Origin: an uncultured Pelagibacteraceae bacterium
GTDB taxonomy: Bacteria; Pseudomonadota; Alphaproteobacteria; Pelagibacterales; Pelagibacteraceae
DNA: 64,000 nt
Reading direction: 5' to 3'
NCBI GenBank assembly: GCA_902584365.1
Contig: CACHZG010000004.1
Coordinates: forward strand, 4,412-68,411
In this document: positions 42,797-53,798 of the stretch, in pieces
Position numbering within the stretch: position 1 is the first letter of the stretch
Layout: each line of letters begins with the position of its first letter
Translations under genes and position numbers: made by a program
Notes under the pieces: generated by a model
The model's database searches: none
Told to the model about the DNA's origin: nothing
What the model saw: only the letters and a program-made list of their open reading frames with translations

Positions 42797-43847
42797 CTAA
42801 TATCTTTTTAAAAACTAAAATTCCTTGTTTTATTTCTCTAACATTATGAACTCTAAATATTTGAACTCCCTGTGAGAGTAAATATAAAATTGATGATAAA
42901 GTTCCCCCGATTCTTTCTTCACTATCATACTTTCCTGCTATTTGATTTATAAATCTTTTTCTTGAGGTTCCAACCAAAATAGGAAAACCTAGCGAGTGAA
43001 ACAAAGAAATTTTTGAAATTAAACTCAAATTATGTTTCAAATTTTTACCAAATCCAATACCGGGATCTATAATTGTATTTTTGTACTTAAATTTCTTTAT
43101 TTGAGTCTCAAAAAAATCATAAATATCAAGTAAAACATTTTTATATTTTGGATTTATTTGCATTGTGCTTGGTGAACCCTGCATGTGATGAAGAACTTTT
43201 GATTTCCTAAATTTATTAACCAAGCTTAATGATAAATTATTATAATTAAAACCTGAAACATCATTTATAAGATCGACGTCATATTTAATAGCTTTTTGAA
43301 TAACTTCAAATTTTCTAGTATCAACTGAGACACATGTATTTTTAAATCTTTTTTTAAAATTTTTAACCATAAATTCAATACGTCTCCATTCCATCTTTGG
43401 ATGAATAGTCTTTGAGCCTGGACGAGTTGACTCACCTCCGATATCTATTATATCAGCTCCACTTTCAATTAAATTTCGAACGTGTTTGATAGAATTTTTT
43501 TTATTATTAAATTTTCCACCATCTGAGAAACTATCTGGTGTAAGATTCAATATTCCCATAATCGAAGTTTTTGAAAAACTCACTTTCTTTAAAAAATTTT
43601 TCCTCTTTTTAATGATATTTTCTATGGATCGCTTAACACTTGGCTTTAATTTTTTATTTAAAGTGCTTATTTTAGAAATATGAATAATTTTAGTTTTTAT
43701 TTTATTTTTATTTCTTATAAAAATTTCTAATTTATCAAAAGCGATTTCATTTTTCCCGCACAATGGAAAAGCTAATTTATTTTTGATAAGTTTTTTTGCT
43801 AATTGTCCATGGTAAAAATTACACGCTCTAGTGTAATATTTTTCCAT
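42786..43847 (-). CDS. folP: Dihydropteroate synthase with about 90-aa N-terminal extension
   Basis: MGILNLTPDSFSDGG, GGESTRPG, DPGIGFGK, SRKRF, RVHNV. Confidence 0.94.
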   Translation of the reverse strand: MEKYYTRACNFYHGQLAKKLIKNKLAFPLCGKNEIAFDKLEIFIRNKNKIKTKIIHISKISTLNKKLKPSVKRSIENIIKKRKNFLKKVSFSKTSIMGILNLTPDSFSDGGKFNNKKNSIKHVRNLIESGADIIDIGGESTRPGSKTIHPKMEWRRIEFMVKNFKKRFKNTCVSVDTRKFEVIQKAIKYDVDLINDVSGFNYNNLSLSLVNKFRKSKVLHHMQGSPSTMQINPKYKNVLLDIYDFFETQIKKFKYKNTIIDPGIGFGKNLKHNLSLISKISLFHSLGFPILVGTSRKRFINQIAGKYDSEERIGGTLSSILYLLSQGVQIFRVHNVREIKQGILVFKKILDEK

Positions 43848-43855
43848 TTTTTCAA

Positions 43856-45751
43856 TTACAGAGCTGGTTTAGGTTTTAAGCCTATTGTATCAAGCGCTGA
43901 GGTCTCTTTATTGTCTTTTTCTTCATCAGTTTTGAATGATCTTGTAGGCTTGATATCTTTTAAAATCAAATCTCTTATTTCATCACCACTTAAAGTTTCA
44001 TAAATCATAAGTGCTTTGGATAATTTATGTAAGTCATCAATTTTTGAGGTTAAAACTTCTTTAGCTCTTGTGTAGCCTTTATCTACAATTTTTTTCACTT
44101 CAAGATCTACTTTTTTAGCGGTTTCCTCTGACATATTTTGTTGTTTAGTGACTGATCTTCCCAAGAAAACTTCCTCCTCATTATCTCCGTAGGCTATTGT
44201 TCCAAGTTCTTCGCTCATCCCGTATTTTGTAACCATATTTTTTGCCATTTTAGTTACCATATCTATATCTGAGGAAGCTCCAGAAGTTACTTTGTCATAA
44301 CCAAAAATCAATTCTTCTGCAATTCTTCCCCCCATTGCAACTGCTATGTCTGCATGCATTTTTTCTCGAGAAACAGACAATTGATCTCTTTCAGGTAATC
44401 TCATTACCATTCCTAAGGCTCTTCCTCTTGGAATTATAGTTGCTTTATGAATCGGATCTGATGCCTTTTCATTCAAAGCAACAATCGCATGACCGCCTTC
44501 GTGGTAAGCAGTGAGTTTTTTTTCGTCTTCGGTCATTACTAGTGATCGTCTTTCTGCTCCCATCATAACCTTGTCTTTCGCTTCTTCAACGTCAGACATG
44601 GTGACAACTCTTTTGTTTTTTCTAGCCGCCAATAGAGCTGACTCGTTAACTAAGTTTGCAAGATCAGCTCCTGAAAATCCTGGAGTTCCTCTTGCGATGG
44701 TTCTTAATTTTACATCTGGTCCCGTATTAATTTTTTTTATGTGAACCTTCAGAATTGCTTCTCTGCCCATTATATCCGGGTTACCAACAACAACCTGTCT
44801 ATCAAATCTCCCCGGTCTAAGTAAAGCTGGATCTAACACATCTGGTCTGTTTGTTGCTGCAATCAATATTATTCCCTCATTGGTATCAAAGCCATCCATT
44901 TCAACTAATAATTGGTTAAGAGTTTGCTCTCTTTCATCATTACCGCCACCTAATCCTGCTCCTCTGCTTCTTCCAACAGCATCAATCTCATCAATAAATA
45001 TTATACATGGAGCATGTTTTTTACCTTGCTCGAACATGTCTCTTACTCTTGAAGCTCCAACACCGACAAACATCTCGACGAAATCTGAACCTGAAATAGA
45101 AAAAAAAGGTACATTTGCTTCTCCTGCAATAGCTTTAGCTAATAAAGTTTTTCCAGTTCCTGGAGGGCCAATTAAAAGAGCACCTTTAGGAATTTTTCCC
45201 CCTAACCTACTAAATTTTTTAGGATCTTTTAAAAATTCAACTATCTCTTCTACTTCCTCTTTGGCTTCCTCAACTCCAGCAACATCATTAAAAGTAACTT
45301 TACCCTGAGCTTCATTTAATAGTTTGGCTTTAGATCTTCCAAAACCCATAGCTCCGCCTTTGCCACCCTGCATTTGCCGCATGAAAAAAATCCAAACACC
45401 GATTAGTAATAACATTGGAAACCATGATAGAAGTATACCCAATAAAGAAGGCATCTTGTCTTCTAAAGGACTTGCATTGATGCTAACACCTTTTTCACTA
45501 AGTTTCTCTACCAGATTTGGATAATTCGGTGAAAAAGTTTTAAACTTGCTTCCATCTGATAAAACTCCAGTTATGTTGTTGCCCTGGATATTTACCTCAA
45601 CAACTCTTCCATCATCGACTTCATTAAGAAACTTTGAAAACGTTACTTGATTGTTGGTGTTAATAGAATTTTTAGGGTTTTGAAACATATTGAAGAGACC
45701 TACCGAAAGTAGAACTATCAAAGCCCACATTGCAAGATTTTTTAAATTCAT
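43856..45751 (-). CDS. ftsH: ATP-dependent zinc metalloprotease FtsH
   Basis: [20 protein letters not shown]; start moved to MNLKNLAMW (45751). Confidence 0.98.
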   Translation of the reverse strand: MNLKNLAMWALIVLLSVGLFNMFQNPKNSINTNNQVTFSKFLNEVDDGRVVEVNIQGNNITGVLSDGSKFKTFSPNYPNLVEKLSEKGVSINASPLEDKMPSLLGILLSWFPMLLLIGVWIFFMRQMQGGKGGAMGFGRSKAKLLNEAQGKVTFNDVAGVEEAKEEVEEIVEFLKDPKKFSRLGGKIPKGALLIGPPGTGKTLLAKAIAGEANVPFFSISGSDFVEMFVGVGASRVRDMFEQGKKHAPCIIFIDEIDAVGRSRGAGLGGGNDEREQTLNQLLVEMDGFDTNEGIILIAATNRPDVLDPALLRPGRFDRQVVVGNPDIMGREAILKVHIKKINTGPDVKLRTIARGTPGFSGADLANLVNESALLAARKNKRVVTMSDVEEAKDKVMMGAERRSLVMTEDEKKLTAYHEGGHAIVALNEKASDPIHKATIIPRGRALGMVMRLPERDQLSVSREKMHADIAVAMGGRIAEELIFGYDKVTSGASSDIDMVTKMAKNMVTKYGMSEELGTIAYGDNEEEVFLGRSVTKQQNMSEETAKKVDLEVKKIVDKGYTRAKEVLTSKIDDLHKLSKALMIYETLSGDEIRDLILKDIKPTRSFKTDEEKDNKETSALDTIGLKPKPAL

Positions 45752-45758
45752 AATTATT

Positions 45759-45787
45759 AAATAAGTATTATTTTTATAATATTCAAG
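45759..45787 (-). promoter_or_regulatory. Putative RpoH (sigma32) promoter of ftsH
   Basis: CTTGAA-N16-CTTATTT ending 7 nt before the ATG. Confidence 0.6.
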
Positions 45788-45844
45788 TATACACAATTAC
45801 AAATAAAAGATAAATTGACGCAAAATGACGGTTTTTAATAAAAA

Positions 45845-46876
45845 TTAGGTTTTTTTAACCTCTTTTTGAATTGTTATTTGTGAATCATTCAATTTTAGAA
45901 CACAACCACCTAGAGTTAGTTTATTAAAGGATTTTTTCTCAATCTTTTTTATTACAAAAGAGATTTTTTTCGATTTGGGAGGATAGTCTTTTTTACTTAA
46001 ATCCCTGATGAGTCTCCCCATAATAATTCGCTTTATTTCAGTATTATACGAAAGAAAAGTTTTGTGTTTAATAAATATAAAACCTCTTTTTCTGAAAACA
46101 GTTTTTTTCATCAAATCATTAATATATTGATTAACTAAATTATTTGTTGCGTTAATATTCTTTATGGATCTGAAAATTTGATCATGACTAATTCCATAGC
46201 GTTCAAGTTTTGAAGTTAAACTTCTGATGTTAGATCTGAGAAATTTTTTACTAGTATTAGAGGGATCTTTTAAATAATTATTGAATATTTTTTTTGCAAT
46301 AAATTTGAGCTCATTTTTTTTAATCTCTAATAACGGTCTTACTAATTTAACCTTTTTATTAGACTTATTTATCATTTGCATTGAAGATAGTCCTTGCACA
46401 CCACTACCACGTGCCAGTCTAATTAAAAATGTTTCAATTTGATCATTAAAATGATGTGCGGTCATTAAAATCTTTGCTTTTTTTTTAATACAAAAGTTAA
46501 ATAAATTTCTATATCGAATTTCACGAAAATTTTTCTGAAGATTACTTTTAAATTTTTGTTTATTTTTAATTATTATTAAATTTTCATTAATTTTTGTCTT
46601 AATCATTTTCCTTACTTTTAAAGCTTCAATCGCAGAATTTTTTCTATATCCATGATCTATTAAAACATAAAAGTATTTATTGTTTCCATTGTATTGATTG
46701 AATTTTGTTAGAGCAGATAAGGCTAAACTATCTGCACCGCCTGATACTGCAACTACAATTAAATTTTTTTTTGAGAAAGAAATATTTTTTTTAAATACAT
46801 TGTATACATTTAAAATTCTTGAGTTTTCTTGAAATTTCTTTTTAAACTTTTTTGCACTTGAATTTTTTTTGCTCAT
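45845..46876 (-). CDS. tilS: tRNA(Ile)-lysidine synthetase
   Basis: AVSGGADS, DHG, TAHH..DQ.ET, RGSG, RPLL, DPSN. Confidence 0.95.
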   Translation of the reverse strand: MSKKNSSAKKFKKKFQENSRILNVYNVFKKNISFSKKNLIVVAVSGGADSLALSALTKFNQYNGNNKYFYVLIDHGYRKNSAIEALKVRKMIKTKINENLIIIKNKQKFKSNLQKNFREIRYRNLFNFCIKKKAKILMTAHHFNDQIETFLIRLARGSGVQGLSSMQMINKSNKKVKLVRPLLEIKKNELKFIAKKIFNNYLKDPSNTSKKFLRSNIRSLTSKLERYGISHDQIFRSIKNINATNNLVNQYINDLMKKTVFRKRGFIFIKHKTFLSYNTEIKRIIMGRLIRDLSKKDYPPKSKKISFVIKKIEKKSFNKLTLGGCVLKLNDSQITIQKEVKKT

Positions 46877-47816
46877 ATTGAGCCTTTTGTATCACAGACT
46901 GCTTAGCATTTGGGTATTGTTTTTTTATTCCAGCGATCATTTTACATCCTTGATCTTTCTCACCTAATTGAACCATGGTGATACCAAGTTTTAGAAGGTT
47001 ATCTGGAGCTTTTTTACTTTTAGGATAGTTTTGGTAACCATCTAAGTATGCGGAGGCAGCATCCGAATAAAGTTGTCTTATTCTAAAAGTTTCTCCATAC
47101 CAATATTGTGCACTTCCAGCTAAGTCATGATCTTTATTTTTTTCAATAAATTCTTTTAAAGCAAATTCTGCAGTTTCATAGTCACCTATTTTCATAAAAT
47201 TTATTGCAAAATCATATTGATCTTTAGGTGGTTTGTTAGGAAGCAAAGACTCTGATCTCTCTGCTTGGGATGTAACAACAGTTCCTGCGGTCTCAACAGA
47301 GTTAACTTTTTGTTTTTCCGGTAAATCTTTTTTTTGATATCCAGGTAAAGCACCAAAATCTTGAGGCTTAGCAGGATTTGAGACTACTTTTTGTTCTTTT
47401 GGTTTTTTTTTTGTTTTAGTATTTTGCGATGAGCTTTCCTCTTCTAAATCAGATATTCTCATTTGAGTATCTGATTGAATTTTTGTGACACGCTTTGACA
47501 ATTTATCCATTTTAAAATTAATTTCTTCAAATCTATTGGTTAACTCTCTAAATTGGTTTTCAATATCATTAAGTTTTAATAAATGTTTGGCCATTATATC
47601 TTCGTTTATATTTTGGTTTGAGCCACTTAAATTTACAACATCAGAGCTTTTGTAAACTGCCTTTTCTAAAGTTTTTAAATCTTTTGAAATTATATTAATT
47701 TGTTCAATTGCTGCTTGGATCCTCTCATCTCCGTAAGCATTAAAGTGAATAAAATTTAATAAAAAAATTAATAGATAACTTCCCTTTTTTATAAGTTCAG
47801 GTTTCATCCAAATCAT
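46842..47816 (-). CDS. cpoB: Tol-Pal associated TPR protein CpoB/YbgF
   Basis: Coiled coil plus AQYWYGE, YPKSKKAPDNLLKLG; lies between pal and tilS. Confidence 0.9.
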   Translation of the reverse strand: MIWMKPELIKKGSYLLIFLLNFIHFNAYGDERIQAAIEQINIISKDLKTLEKAVYKSSDVVNLSGSNQNINEDIMAKHLLKLNDIENQFRELTNRFEEINFKMDKLSKRVTKIQSDTQMRISDLEEESSSQNTKTKKKPKEQKVVSNPAKPQDFGALPGYQKKDLPEKQKVNSVETAGTVVTSQAERSESLLPNKPPKDQYDFAINFMKIGDYETAEFALKEFIEKNKDHDLAGSAQYWYGETFRIRQLYSDAASAYLDGYQNYPKSKKAPDNLLKLGITMVQLGEKDQGCKMIAGIKKQYPNAKQSVIQKAQYEQKKFKCKKV

Positions 47817-47843
47817 TAATGATTATTATTTTTATAAGATGGC

Positions 47844-47882
47844 AAAAAAAAGACCCTTATATATTAAATATAAGGGTCTTTT
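47844..47882 (-). terminator. Intrinsic terminator of pal
   Basis: AAAAGACCCTTATAT-attaa-ATATAAGGGTCTTTT perfect stem, followed by a T-run on the minus strand. Confidence 0.85.
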
Positions 47883-47896
47883 AATAAATTATAATA

Positions 47897-48373
47897 TTAG
47901 TTAATTTTTACTGTTACTGATCTTCTATTCTGAGACCACGCAAGGGGTGTTGACTCTGTATTTACGGGTCTTTCTTTACCGTAACTAATGACCGATATTC
48001 TTTTTCCAGAAATACCATACGTCATTAGGTAGTCCTTAGCAGCGTTCGCTCTTCTCTCACCAAGAGCCAAGTTAAATTCTCTTGTGCCTCTTTCGTCTGC
48101 ATGACCTTCAATTGTAACGCTTAAATTTTTATTTTTTCTTAGAAAAGTAGCTTGCTTACGTAACGTTTCTCTTGACTTAGTTGTCAAAGAAGATTTGTTT
48201 GTAGCAAAAAACACTCTGTCTGGAACACCGCTAGCTAGAAACTCTACTGTCTCTTTTCCAGTATAAACATCACCGTCTAAACCGTCAGCTTTCTTCGCAG
48301 TTGAACAAGCATTTAATATTAATGTAGCTAGAGCGATTAATATTAAGTTTTTTAAATTCGTTTTAAAATTCAT
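47897..48373 (-). CDS. pal: Peptidoglycan-associated lipoprotein
   Basis: Lipobox LNAC, EGHADERGTREFNLALGERRA, SYGKERP, NRR. Confidence 0.96.
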   Translation of the reverse strand: MNFKTNLKNLILIALATLILNACSTAKKADGLDGDVYTGKETVEFLASGVPDRVFFATNKSSLTTKSRETLRKQATFLRKNKNLSVTIEGHADERGTREFNLALGERRANAAKDYLMTYGISGKRISVISYGKERPVNTESTPLAWSQNRRSVTVKIN

Positions 48374-48450
48374 ATTTTCCCCTAAGTTGATTTACTGCAA
48401 TATTTCAAATTATATTAGATTATTCAAGCTTAAATTACTTAAATATAACC

Positions 48451-49788
48451 TCACTTTGAAAGCAATGAGGACCAAGATGGGTCCGAAGCGTCAGTTTCGG
48501 TTGAAACTTTTCTCTCATTATAACCGGTTATATCTATTGACCACAATTTAGCTGAAAACCCCTTTCCTTGAGGTCCAGATTTAGTCTCTCTATAAAACAT
48601 TAAAACTCTACCATTTGGAGACCATGATGGAGCTTCCTGATAAAAATTCTCAGTCAAAAGTCTCTCCCCGGAGCCATCGGTTCTCATAACCCCTATGTAA
48701 AATTTCCCTTTTCTCATTTTTGTAAAAGCAATAAGATCTCCTCTTGGTGACCAGACAGGTGTACCATAAATACCATTTCCAAAAGTAATTCTTTTAATAT
48801 TGCTTCCATCACTTCTCATAACGTAAATTTGTTGAAGACCACTCCGATCAGAATTAAAAGAAATAAATTTTCCATCAGGAGAAAATGAAGGAGAGGTGTC
48901 TATTGCAGAGTTTTCTGTAATTCTTTCAACAACTCTTGTTTCTAAATCCATAGTATAAATGTCTGAATTTCCATCTTTAGCAAAGCTCATAATAATTTTT
49001 TTTCCGTCAGGAGAAAATCTCGGTGCAAAAGTCATTCCTGGAAAATTTCCGACGACTTCTTGAGTACCAGTTTCAATATCTAATAAATAAACTCGAGGTA
49101 AATTTCTGAAATAAGAAAGATAGGTAACCATTTGATTGGTTGGATTAAATCTTGGAGTTAATACCAATTCATTTCCTAAAGTTAAGTATTTTGTGTTAGC
49201 TCCATCTTGATCCATTATGGCCAATTTCTTTATTCTTTTATTTTTTGGACCAGACTCTGCAACATAAATTATTCTTGTATCAAAATAACCTTGTTCTCCA
49301 GTTAACCTTTCATATATTTTATCTGAAATAATATGTGCTACTCTTCTCCAGTTTGATGGGGTTGTTGTAAAAGCTAAAGCTGTCATTTCTTTTGCCGCAG
49401 TTAAGTCCCAAAGTCTAAACTCTACTTTTAGTTTATTATCTTTTACTAGTAATTTACCAGTAACTAGAGCTTGAGCTTTAATTAATCTCCAATCTTCAAA
49501 TCTAGGTTTCAAATGGGCAATATCAGGTTTTTGAACAAAAGCTTCTTTCTTAAGTGGGTTAAACAATCCAGTTCCTCTAAAATTTTGTTCAATAATTTTA
49601 GAAATATTTACACCAAAATCTTTAATTTTTAAGCCTTCGACTTTTTCTGATTTCAAATCTACATGGAGTGGAGAAATTGCAATTGGTAATGGATCTAAAT
49701 TACCCCTTGTTATATCAACTTCTATTAAAGAAAAAGCTGGTTGAGTTAGAAAAAATAATATTAATATTAATAATAAATTTTTTTTCAT
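48451..49788 (-). CDS. tolB: Tol-Pal periplasmic protein TolB
   Basis: [21 protein letters not shown]40 repeats (FSPDG, WSPRG, WSPNG). Confidence 0.96.
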   Translation of the reverse strand: MKKNLLLILILFFLTQPAFSLIEVDITRGNLDPLPIAISPLHVDLKSEKVEGLKIKDFGVNISKIIEQNFRGTGLFNPLKKEAFVQKPDIAHLKPRFEDWRLIKAQALVTGKLLVKDNKLKVEFRLWDLTAAKEMTALAFTTTPSNWRRVAHIISDKIYERLTGEQGYFDTRIIYVAESGPKNKRIKKLAIMDQDGANTKYLTLGNELVLTPRFNPTNQMVTYLSYFRNLPRVYLLDIETGTQEVVGNFPGMTFAPRFSPDGKKIIMSFAKDGNSDIYTMDLETRVVERITENSAIDTSPSFSPDGKFISFNSDRSGLQQIYVMRSDGSNIKRITFGNGIYGTPVWSPRGDLIAFTKMRKGKFYIGVMRTDGSGERLLTENFYQEAPSWSPNGRVLMFYRETKSGPQGKGFSAKLWSIDITGYNERKVSTETDASDPSWSSLLSK

Positions 49789-50595
49789 TTATCCTCTTAA
49801 CATCTCTGTAGGGTCAAAATTTAATTGCATTTCTTTCCATTTTTCATAACCTGCAGGAGGAACTTTAAGTGGTTGACACAGTCTGACTGCTCTTAATGCG
49901 CTCTCAGCAAGTATTTTATAAAATTTCTGTCCAGGTCGGTTCATTCTTTCGTGGTCAAGAATTTCTGAATTGAGAATTGTTCCATCTTTTTTAAGTTTTA
50001 ATTTTATTCTAACCAATAAATTATCATCATAAGGTAAACCTAGGGGAACACTCCAACATCCAAATATTTGAGCTCTCAATGCGTCTTCTTCGGATAAAGT
50101 TAGGCCCGTTGCAAAGGAATTTTTTACACTGCTTTGAGTAATTTTATTAGATGATTTTTCTTTGGCTGCCTCTTCCTCTTTTGCTTTATCAATCAAAGCA
50201 GCAATCTGGTTTGTGTCAATAATTTCTTTTTTTTCAAATTCAGAAGATTGTCTTATCTGAGGTTCTATTTCTTCAGGATTTTGTTTTTTTTTAACTAAAT
50301 CTTTCTCGATTTTTTTTTCATCTGGTAAAGGAATTCTATCAGGTTTTTCTTTGGCTTTTGCTGCTGGAGGTGCTTGTTCTGATACTACTCTTTCCTCTTT
50401 TTTTTTTGTTTCCTCAATAATTTTTCTGACTTTAGGAGCATATGGTATGTTAGTTTTATCCGATATCTGAATTAACTCAACCGATACTATTGGTGGCAAA
50501 TCTATTGGTTCTCTAAGCATAAAAGGTAAGCTCAAAACAGTCAGTAATATCATGACTGAGTGAAATACTATTGAATAAAATACACTTTTTACCAT
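49789..50595 (-). CDS. tolA: TolA
   Basis: N-terminal TM with S/H motif (SIVFH), charged linker, C-terminal QIFGCW..AESALRAV..CQP..FDP. Confidence 0.85.
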   Translation of the reverse strand: MVKSVFYSIVFHSVMILLTVLSLPFMLREPIDLPPIVSVELIQISDKTNIPYAPKVRKIIEETKKKEERVVSEQAPPAAKAKEKPDRIPLPDEKKIEKDLVKKKQNPEEIEPQIRQSSEFEKKEIIDTNQIAALIDKAKEEEAAKEKSSNKITQSSVKNSFATGLTLSEEDALRAQIFGCWSVPLGLPYDDNLLVRIKLKLKKDGTILNSEILDHERMNRPGQKFYKILAESALRAVRLCQPLKVPPAGYEKWKEMQLNFDPTEMLRG

Positions 50596-50602
50596 TGTCC
50601 AT

Positions 50603-51016
50603 TTAATTTTTGTAAGGTTCGGAAATTAAAGCAACTTTTGAAAATCCTGCACCCGATAAAGTTCCCATAACTTCTAAAACCCTTCCATAATTAATAGTTT
50701 TATCACCCCTTACATATATTCTTGTATCAGTTCTATTCTTCGCAATAGCTAAAAGTTTTGGTATTAATTTTTGAAAAGTAACTTTATGTTCTTGTATATA
50801 AAGTTCACCTTTTGAATTAATTGAAATCGTTAACGGTTCTTGATCATCAGGAAGTGAGTCAGCAGCAGACTCGGGAAGATCAACCTGGACTCCAACAGTT
50901 AAAAGCGGAGCTGTGACCATAAAAATTATTAATAATACTAGCATTACATCAACAAATGGAGTTACATTTATTTCACTCATAGGGGTGTTTTTCGAACGAT
51001 TTATTTTAAAAGCCAT
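50603..51016 (-). CDS. tolR: TolR
   Basis: EINVTPFVDVMLVLLIIFMVTAP, RGDK..YG. Confidence 0.95.
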   Translation of the reverse strand: MAFKINRSKNTPMSEINVTPFVDVMLVLLIIFMVTAPLLTVGVQVDLPESAADSLPDDQEPLTISINSKGELYIQEHKVTFQKLIPKLLAIAKNRTDTRIYVRGDKTINYGRVLEVMGTLSGAGFSKVALISEPYKN

Positions 51017-51702
51017 TATATAATAGATAAAAATCTTTTAGAAAAGTTTTCAATTTTTGAAAAATATCTTCGCGAGTCACTATTAAATTTATTATACGCG
51101 ACAACTGCAGGAATCGCAGCAAGCAATCCTAGAGCAGTTGCAAATAATGCCTCCGCTATACCTGGTGCTACGATTGCTAAACTAGTATTTCTTGAGATTG
51201 CGATTGATTGAAAGGAATTCATTATTCCCCAAACAGTTCCGAATAACCCTATAAAAGGAGCAGTGGATCCTACTGTTGCTAAAAAAGTAAAATTTTTCTC
51301 AATATTTTTAATTTCATTATCAGTCGCTATTTCCAAAATTCTCTCTACCCTTGCAATTTGAACTGCGGAAGATTGTCTTTTTGTTTTAACAAGTTCTGCC
51401 ATTGCGATCTTAAAAATATTTGTAGCTGGGTCTTTTGTATTTGAAGGAAGATTATTACTAAAGCTCTCTGCGGATTTTGCTTTCCAGAATTTTTTTTCGA
51501 AATCTTCTGTTGACGCGTTTATCCTTTTAAAAAGTTTATATTTATCAAAGATTAGTGCCCAAGAAAAAATTGAACTTGCGATTAATAAAATTATTACTGA
51601 CTTTACAACAAAATCAGCACGTAAAAAAAGTTGCCACAAAGAGAAATCTGAATTTCCGCTTAATCCGACAACTTGTGATGCAATTTCTTGTTCCATTAAC
51701 AT
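51016..51702 (-). CDS. tolQ: TolQ (alternative start 51696)
   Basis: APFIGLFGTVWGIM, VAPGIAEALFATALGL. Confidence 0.95.
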   Translation of the reverse strand: MLMEQEIASQVVGLSGNSDFSLWQLFLRADFVVKSVIILLIASSIFSWALIFDKYKLFKRINASTEDFEKKFWKAKSAESFSNNLPSNTKDPATNIFKIAMAELVKTKRQSSAVQIARVERILEIATDNEIKNIEKNFTFLATVGSTAPFIGLFGTVWGIMNSFQSIAISRNTSLAIVAPGIAEALFATALGLLAAIPAVVAYNKFNSDSRRYFSKIENFSKRFLSII

Positions 51703-51775
51703 TCATTACTTTCAGAATGTGTCATGAATTTGGCGCAAAATATCAAAATTTAATATAATATAATAATATTCTTTG

Positions 51776-52261
51776 TTATTTTGGTATATTAGTTTCAAAA
51801 AAATATCTTGCTATTAAAATTGCATCAGCTTTGTTTACATCCTTCTTCCTTGATAGCTCGCTAGATAGAGAGGGATACATTTCTATTGCCTTAGTTCTGC
51901 TGGAGTCTTTTTGAGAGTTGATAAGGTCAAAATGTTTTTTCCATTTAGACGGACGTACAAAAAAAATAGGCAATCCTAATGACGCACAAATACCCTTAAT
52001 TGCTCCAAAAGTCTGGCCAAAGTTAAACATACTAGTAACACCTTGTCCTGGCATAGCATTCACCTGTTCAACAACGACAGATACTTCTTCGTTCTCTACC
52101 AAATTATCTCTTAATAATTTTACTAAGTGTGCGCTGTTTAATTGTTTTTTATTTTTTTTTCCTTCAGTCATCACAGGAATCTCAAAAACTACTTTAATCT
52201 TATTGTTATTGAATACTGCGATTGCCCCATTTAAACCCGGGTCTATACCAAAAATTATCAT
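51776..52261 (-). CDS. RuvC-fold Holliday junction resolvase of the MOC1/phage type
   Basis: GIDPGLNGA (D7), VVEQV (E65), QGVTSMFNFG, P..WKKHF, KDSSR, KKDVNKADAILIARY (D141, D146). Confidence 0.85.
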   Translation of the reverse strand: MIIFGIDPGLNGAIAVFNNNKIKVVFEIPVMTEGKKNKKQLNSAHLVKLLRDNLVENEEVSVVVEQVNAMPGQGVTSMFNFGQTFGAIKGICASLGLPIFFVRPSKWKKHFDLINSQKDSSRTKAIEMYPSLSSELSRKKDVNKADAILIARYFFETNIPK

Positions 52262-52264
52262 ATT

Positions 52265-52990
52265 TTAAGACTCATTTAAGTTTACATTAGTATAGATGTT
52301 TTGAACATCATCAAGTTCATCAAGTTTTCCTATTAAATCAATAAAATCTTTAACCTTATCTATGTCTAAATTAATTCGGTTATAAGGTCTCCACTCTAAT
52401 CCAGAATACATTGTCTCCCCAATTTTTTTTTCAATTTCAACTTTAATTTTATAAAAATTTTCTTTTTCAGTAATAATTTCGTAGAAATCATCATTGATTG
52501 AAAAATCTTTAGCGTCTAGACTTGTTGTTAATTCCAAAACTTTGTTATCGTCTATACCAATTTTTTTTATTCTGATAATCCCACATGAAAAAAAAAGGTG
52601 CTTCGCCGATCCAGTTTCTCCTAACCTCCCTCCTTTTTTTTGTAAAACAGTTCTAATACTAGAGGCTGATCTATTTTTGTTATCTGTTAAGCTTTCAATT
52701 ATAAGAGCGGTGTTGTTGGGACCAAAGGCCTCATATTTTAATTGATCATAATTTTTTCCTTCAGATAGTTCGGACTTGCTAATAGCTCTTGAAATATTTT
52801 CTTTAGGCATATTAGATTGTTTGGCTGCCTGTATAGCCGATCTTAATCTAGGGTTCATTTCTGGATTTTTGTCTCCAAGTTTTGCAGCTACTGTTATTTC
52901 TCTTGATAGCTTTGAAAAAAGTTTAGATCTTTCTTTATCTGCTCTACCTTTTTTATGTTTGATTCCTGCCCAATGAGAATGCCCGGCCAT
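52265..52990 (-). CDS. yebC: YebC/PmpR family protein
   Basis: MAGHSHWAGIKHKK, NPRLR, TDNKNR, DDVQNIYTN. Confidence 0.95.
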   Translation of the reverse strand: MAGHSHWAGIKHKKGRADKERSKLFSKLSREITVAAKLGDKNPEMNPRLRSAIQAAKQSNMPKENISRAISKSELSEGKNYDQLKYEAFGPNNTALIIESLTDNKNRSASSIRTVLQKKGGRLGETGSAKHLFFSCGIIRIKKIGIDDNKVLELTTSLDAKDFSINDDFYEIITEKENFYKIKVEIEKKIGETMYSGLEWRPYNRINLDIDKVKDFIDLIGKLDELDDVQNIYTNVNLNES

Positions 52991-52994
52991 AAAA

Positions 52995-53798
52995 TTAAAC
53001 TAAACTTCCGCCTTTTATTATTCTTCTCACTTTTTGAGCTAGACCGTTTTTTAAATTAGCTTCGATCAAAATACCAGACAGAGAAGCTTCGCCATTAGCT
53101 GGAAAATTATTGATAGAATTTTTGTCTTTTAAAAATTTTTTGATTGAATTTTCCTTATTCATTCCAATTACAGAGTCGTAATCACCACACATACCAATAT
53201 CAGTTTGGTAGGCAGTCCCATTTTTCAAAATCCTAGTATCAGCTGTTGGTATATGTGTATGCGTTCCAACTACGGCGGTTGATACTCCATCAAAAAAATG
53301 CCCTATTGCCATTTTTTCACTTGTTATTTCCCCATGAAAATCAATAATTAAAAAATCTACATCTTTTTTTAATTTTATCCTATTTTTTAGATCACTAGCT
53401 ACTTTAAAAGCATTTTCAGATTTTCTCATGAAAACATTTCCAATTAAATTTATAACTCCAATTTTATATTTATGCTTTTTTGAAAAATATATTCCAAATC
53501 CTTTACCTGGTGAACCCTCAACAAAATTTGCTGGTCTTAAAACTTTATTATTTTTTTCTACTAATTCTATAATTTCTTTTTTATCCCAAACGTGATTTCC
53601 TGAGGTAATAACATCAATGCCCATTGATAATAATTCATTTGCAATTTCTTGCGTTATGCCTTTTCCATCATCAGCTGCATTTTCTCCGTTAGCGACAACA
53701 AAATCTATCTTATTTTCTTCAATTAAATTATTAAGATTTTTTTTTAGAACTTCTCTACCAGATTTTCCCATGATGTCACCCAATATTAAAATGTTCAT
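52995..53798 (-). CDS. YmdB-like metallophosphoesterase
   Basis: GDIMG, NGENAA, TSGNH, DFHGEITSEK, GTHTH, TDIGMCG. Confidence 0.93.
   Translation of the reverse strand: MNILILGDIMGKSGREVLKKNLNNLIEENKIDFVVANGENAADDGKGITQEIANELLSMGIDVITSGNHVWDKKEIIELVEKNNKVLRPANFVEGSPGKGFGIYFSKKHKYKIGVINLIGNVFMRKSENAFKVASDLKNRIKLKKDVDFLIIDFHGEITSEKMAIGHFFDGVSTAVVGTHTHIPTADTRILKNGTAYQTDIGMCGDYDSVIGMNKENSIKKFLKDKNSINNFPANGEASLSGILIEANLKNGLAQKVRRIIKGGSLV

Noticed and set aside
42786-43847. N-terminal extension on FolP as a novel fusion
   Set aside because: No recognisable second domain, and I recall similar extensions in other alphaproteobacterial FolP proteins (not verified)
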